DNA of 57,277 nt, taken from NCBI GenBank assembly GCA_905236805.1, contig CAJOPH010000029.1, forward strand, positions 1 to 57,277, in the 5' to 3' direction. The notes beneath the pieces are model-generated. The model saw only the letters and a program-made list of their open reading frames with translations, searched no databases and was not told the DNA's origin. A program made the position numbers and the translations under genes. The stretch is from an uncultured Eubacterium sp. GTDB taxonomy: Bacteria > Bacillota > Clostridia > Lachnospirales > Lachnospiraceae. Of this stretch, positions 56,854 to 57,277 are shown piece after piece (the stretch's first letter is position 1; each line of letters opens with the position of its first letter).

Positions 56854-57277
56854 CTATAGCTCTTCCTCCCACTTTGTGATGTTCCTCTCGCCTTCCGCGT
56901 AACCAAAGTTTATCCCCAGCTTATGTACCGTAATGCCCTTCTTCTTGGCCGGAAGGATATACTTTTGCGCGTATTTTTTATCATCTATCTGGGACAGGGC
57001 CTCGCCCGGGCTTTTGTTCAGCTTGAACTCTATTATGTAGAGGTGGTCTCCTGCGTCAAGGACTGCGTCTATCCGGCCCTTGTTAGTCTTTTCCTCTGTA
57101 AGAAACTCCATACCGCACATCTCGAATATGACCCTTACCATGGACTGGTAGTACTTTTCCGCCTTTATCTGGATGTCGTACGGGAAGCCCGCGAAATACG
57201 ATGTGAGAAGCTCTATCATCTCACCGGTGTCGCCTTCCCTTGCGCTCTTTCTTAGTTTCCGTCCGAAGGTTATGGGG
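56854..57277 (-). CDS. PD-(D/E)XK nuclease-fold protein (PDDEXK_9 / AAA-ATPase_like C-terminal region), 5' end outside the window
   Basis: GRIDAVLDAGDHLYIIEFKLNKS is the PDDEXK_9 signature. The reading frame stays open from 57219 to the window edge, so the gene is truncated by the window. Confidence 0.65.
   Translation of the reverse strand, partial: PITFGRKLRKSAREGDTGEMIELLTSYFAGFPYDIQIKAEKYYQSMVRVIFEMCGMEFLTEEKTNKGRIDAVLDAGDHLYIIEFKLNKSPGEALSQIDDKKYAQKYILPAKKKGITVHKLGINFGYAEGERNITKWEEEL

Overview
This looks like a chromosomal segment from a motile Firmicute, probably Clostridia or Lachnospiraceae-like; that placement rests only on protein families and gene order. I call 43 CDS, 37 of them on the minus strand, and coding density is high. 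I found no rRNA, tRNA, CRISPR array, transposase or integrase.

- **1-20 kb, housekeeping genes:** DUF1292-ruvX-ireB, mtaB, thiI, lysA, leuA, asd, argH, queH, topB and a Suv3-like helicase.
- **20-40.4 kb, accessory block:** a methyl-accepting chemotaxis protein, a UAP1-like UDP-sugar pyrophosphorylase and an HD-GYP protein. These are followed by a 14-kb Gram-positive Pel-type exopolysaccharide locus: GT4, an SDR-PelD fusion, PelE-like, DUF2194, PelF, PelG, DUF2304, GT4, GT2, DUF4874-like and ABC_ATPase.
- **40.7-43.8 kb:** a MacB/FtsX-type ABC transporter on the plus strand.
- **43.8-55.2 kb, four-gene phosphorelay:** three hybrid histidine kinases and a REC-REC-HD-GYP response regulator. No DNA-binding regulator is present in the block.

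The most unusual items are:
1. A 1060-aa PelD-like protein. Its N-terminal SDR-like domain lacks YxxxK and the glycine-rich NAD motif, the RxxD I-site (RSSD) is retained, and the C-terminus carries tandem Ig-like repeats predicted to be cytoplasmic.
2. A 1578-aa hybrid kinase with an N-terminal DegV (fatty-acid-binding family) domain ahead of two Cache-type sensor domains, a kinase core, a receiver and an Hpt domain.
3. The neighbourhood logic: two HD-GYP phosphodiesterases and a PelD-type c-di-GMP receptor, with no GGDEF cyclase in the window.
4. Short 15-nt tandem repeats and a structured, Shine-Dalgarno-less leader region in the intergenic spacers.

All family assignments come from reading motifs in the supplied translations. 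No database search was run.
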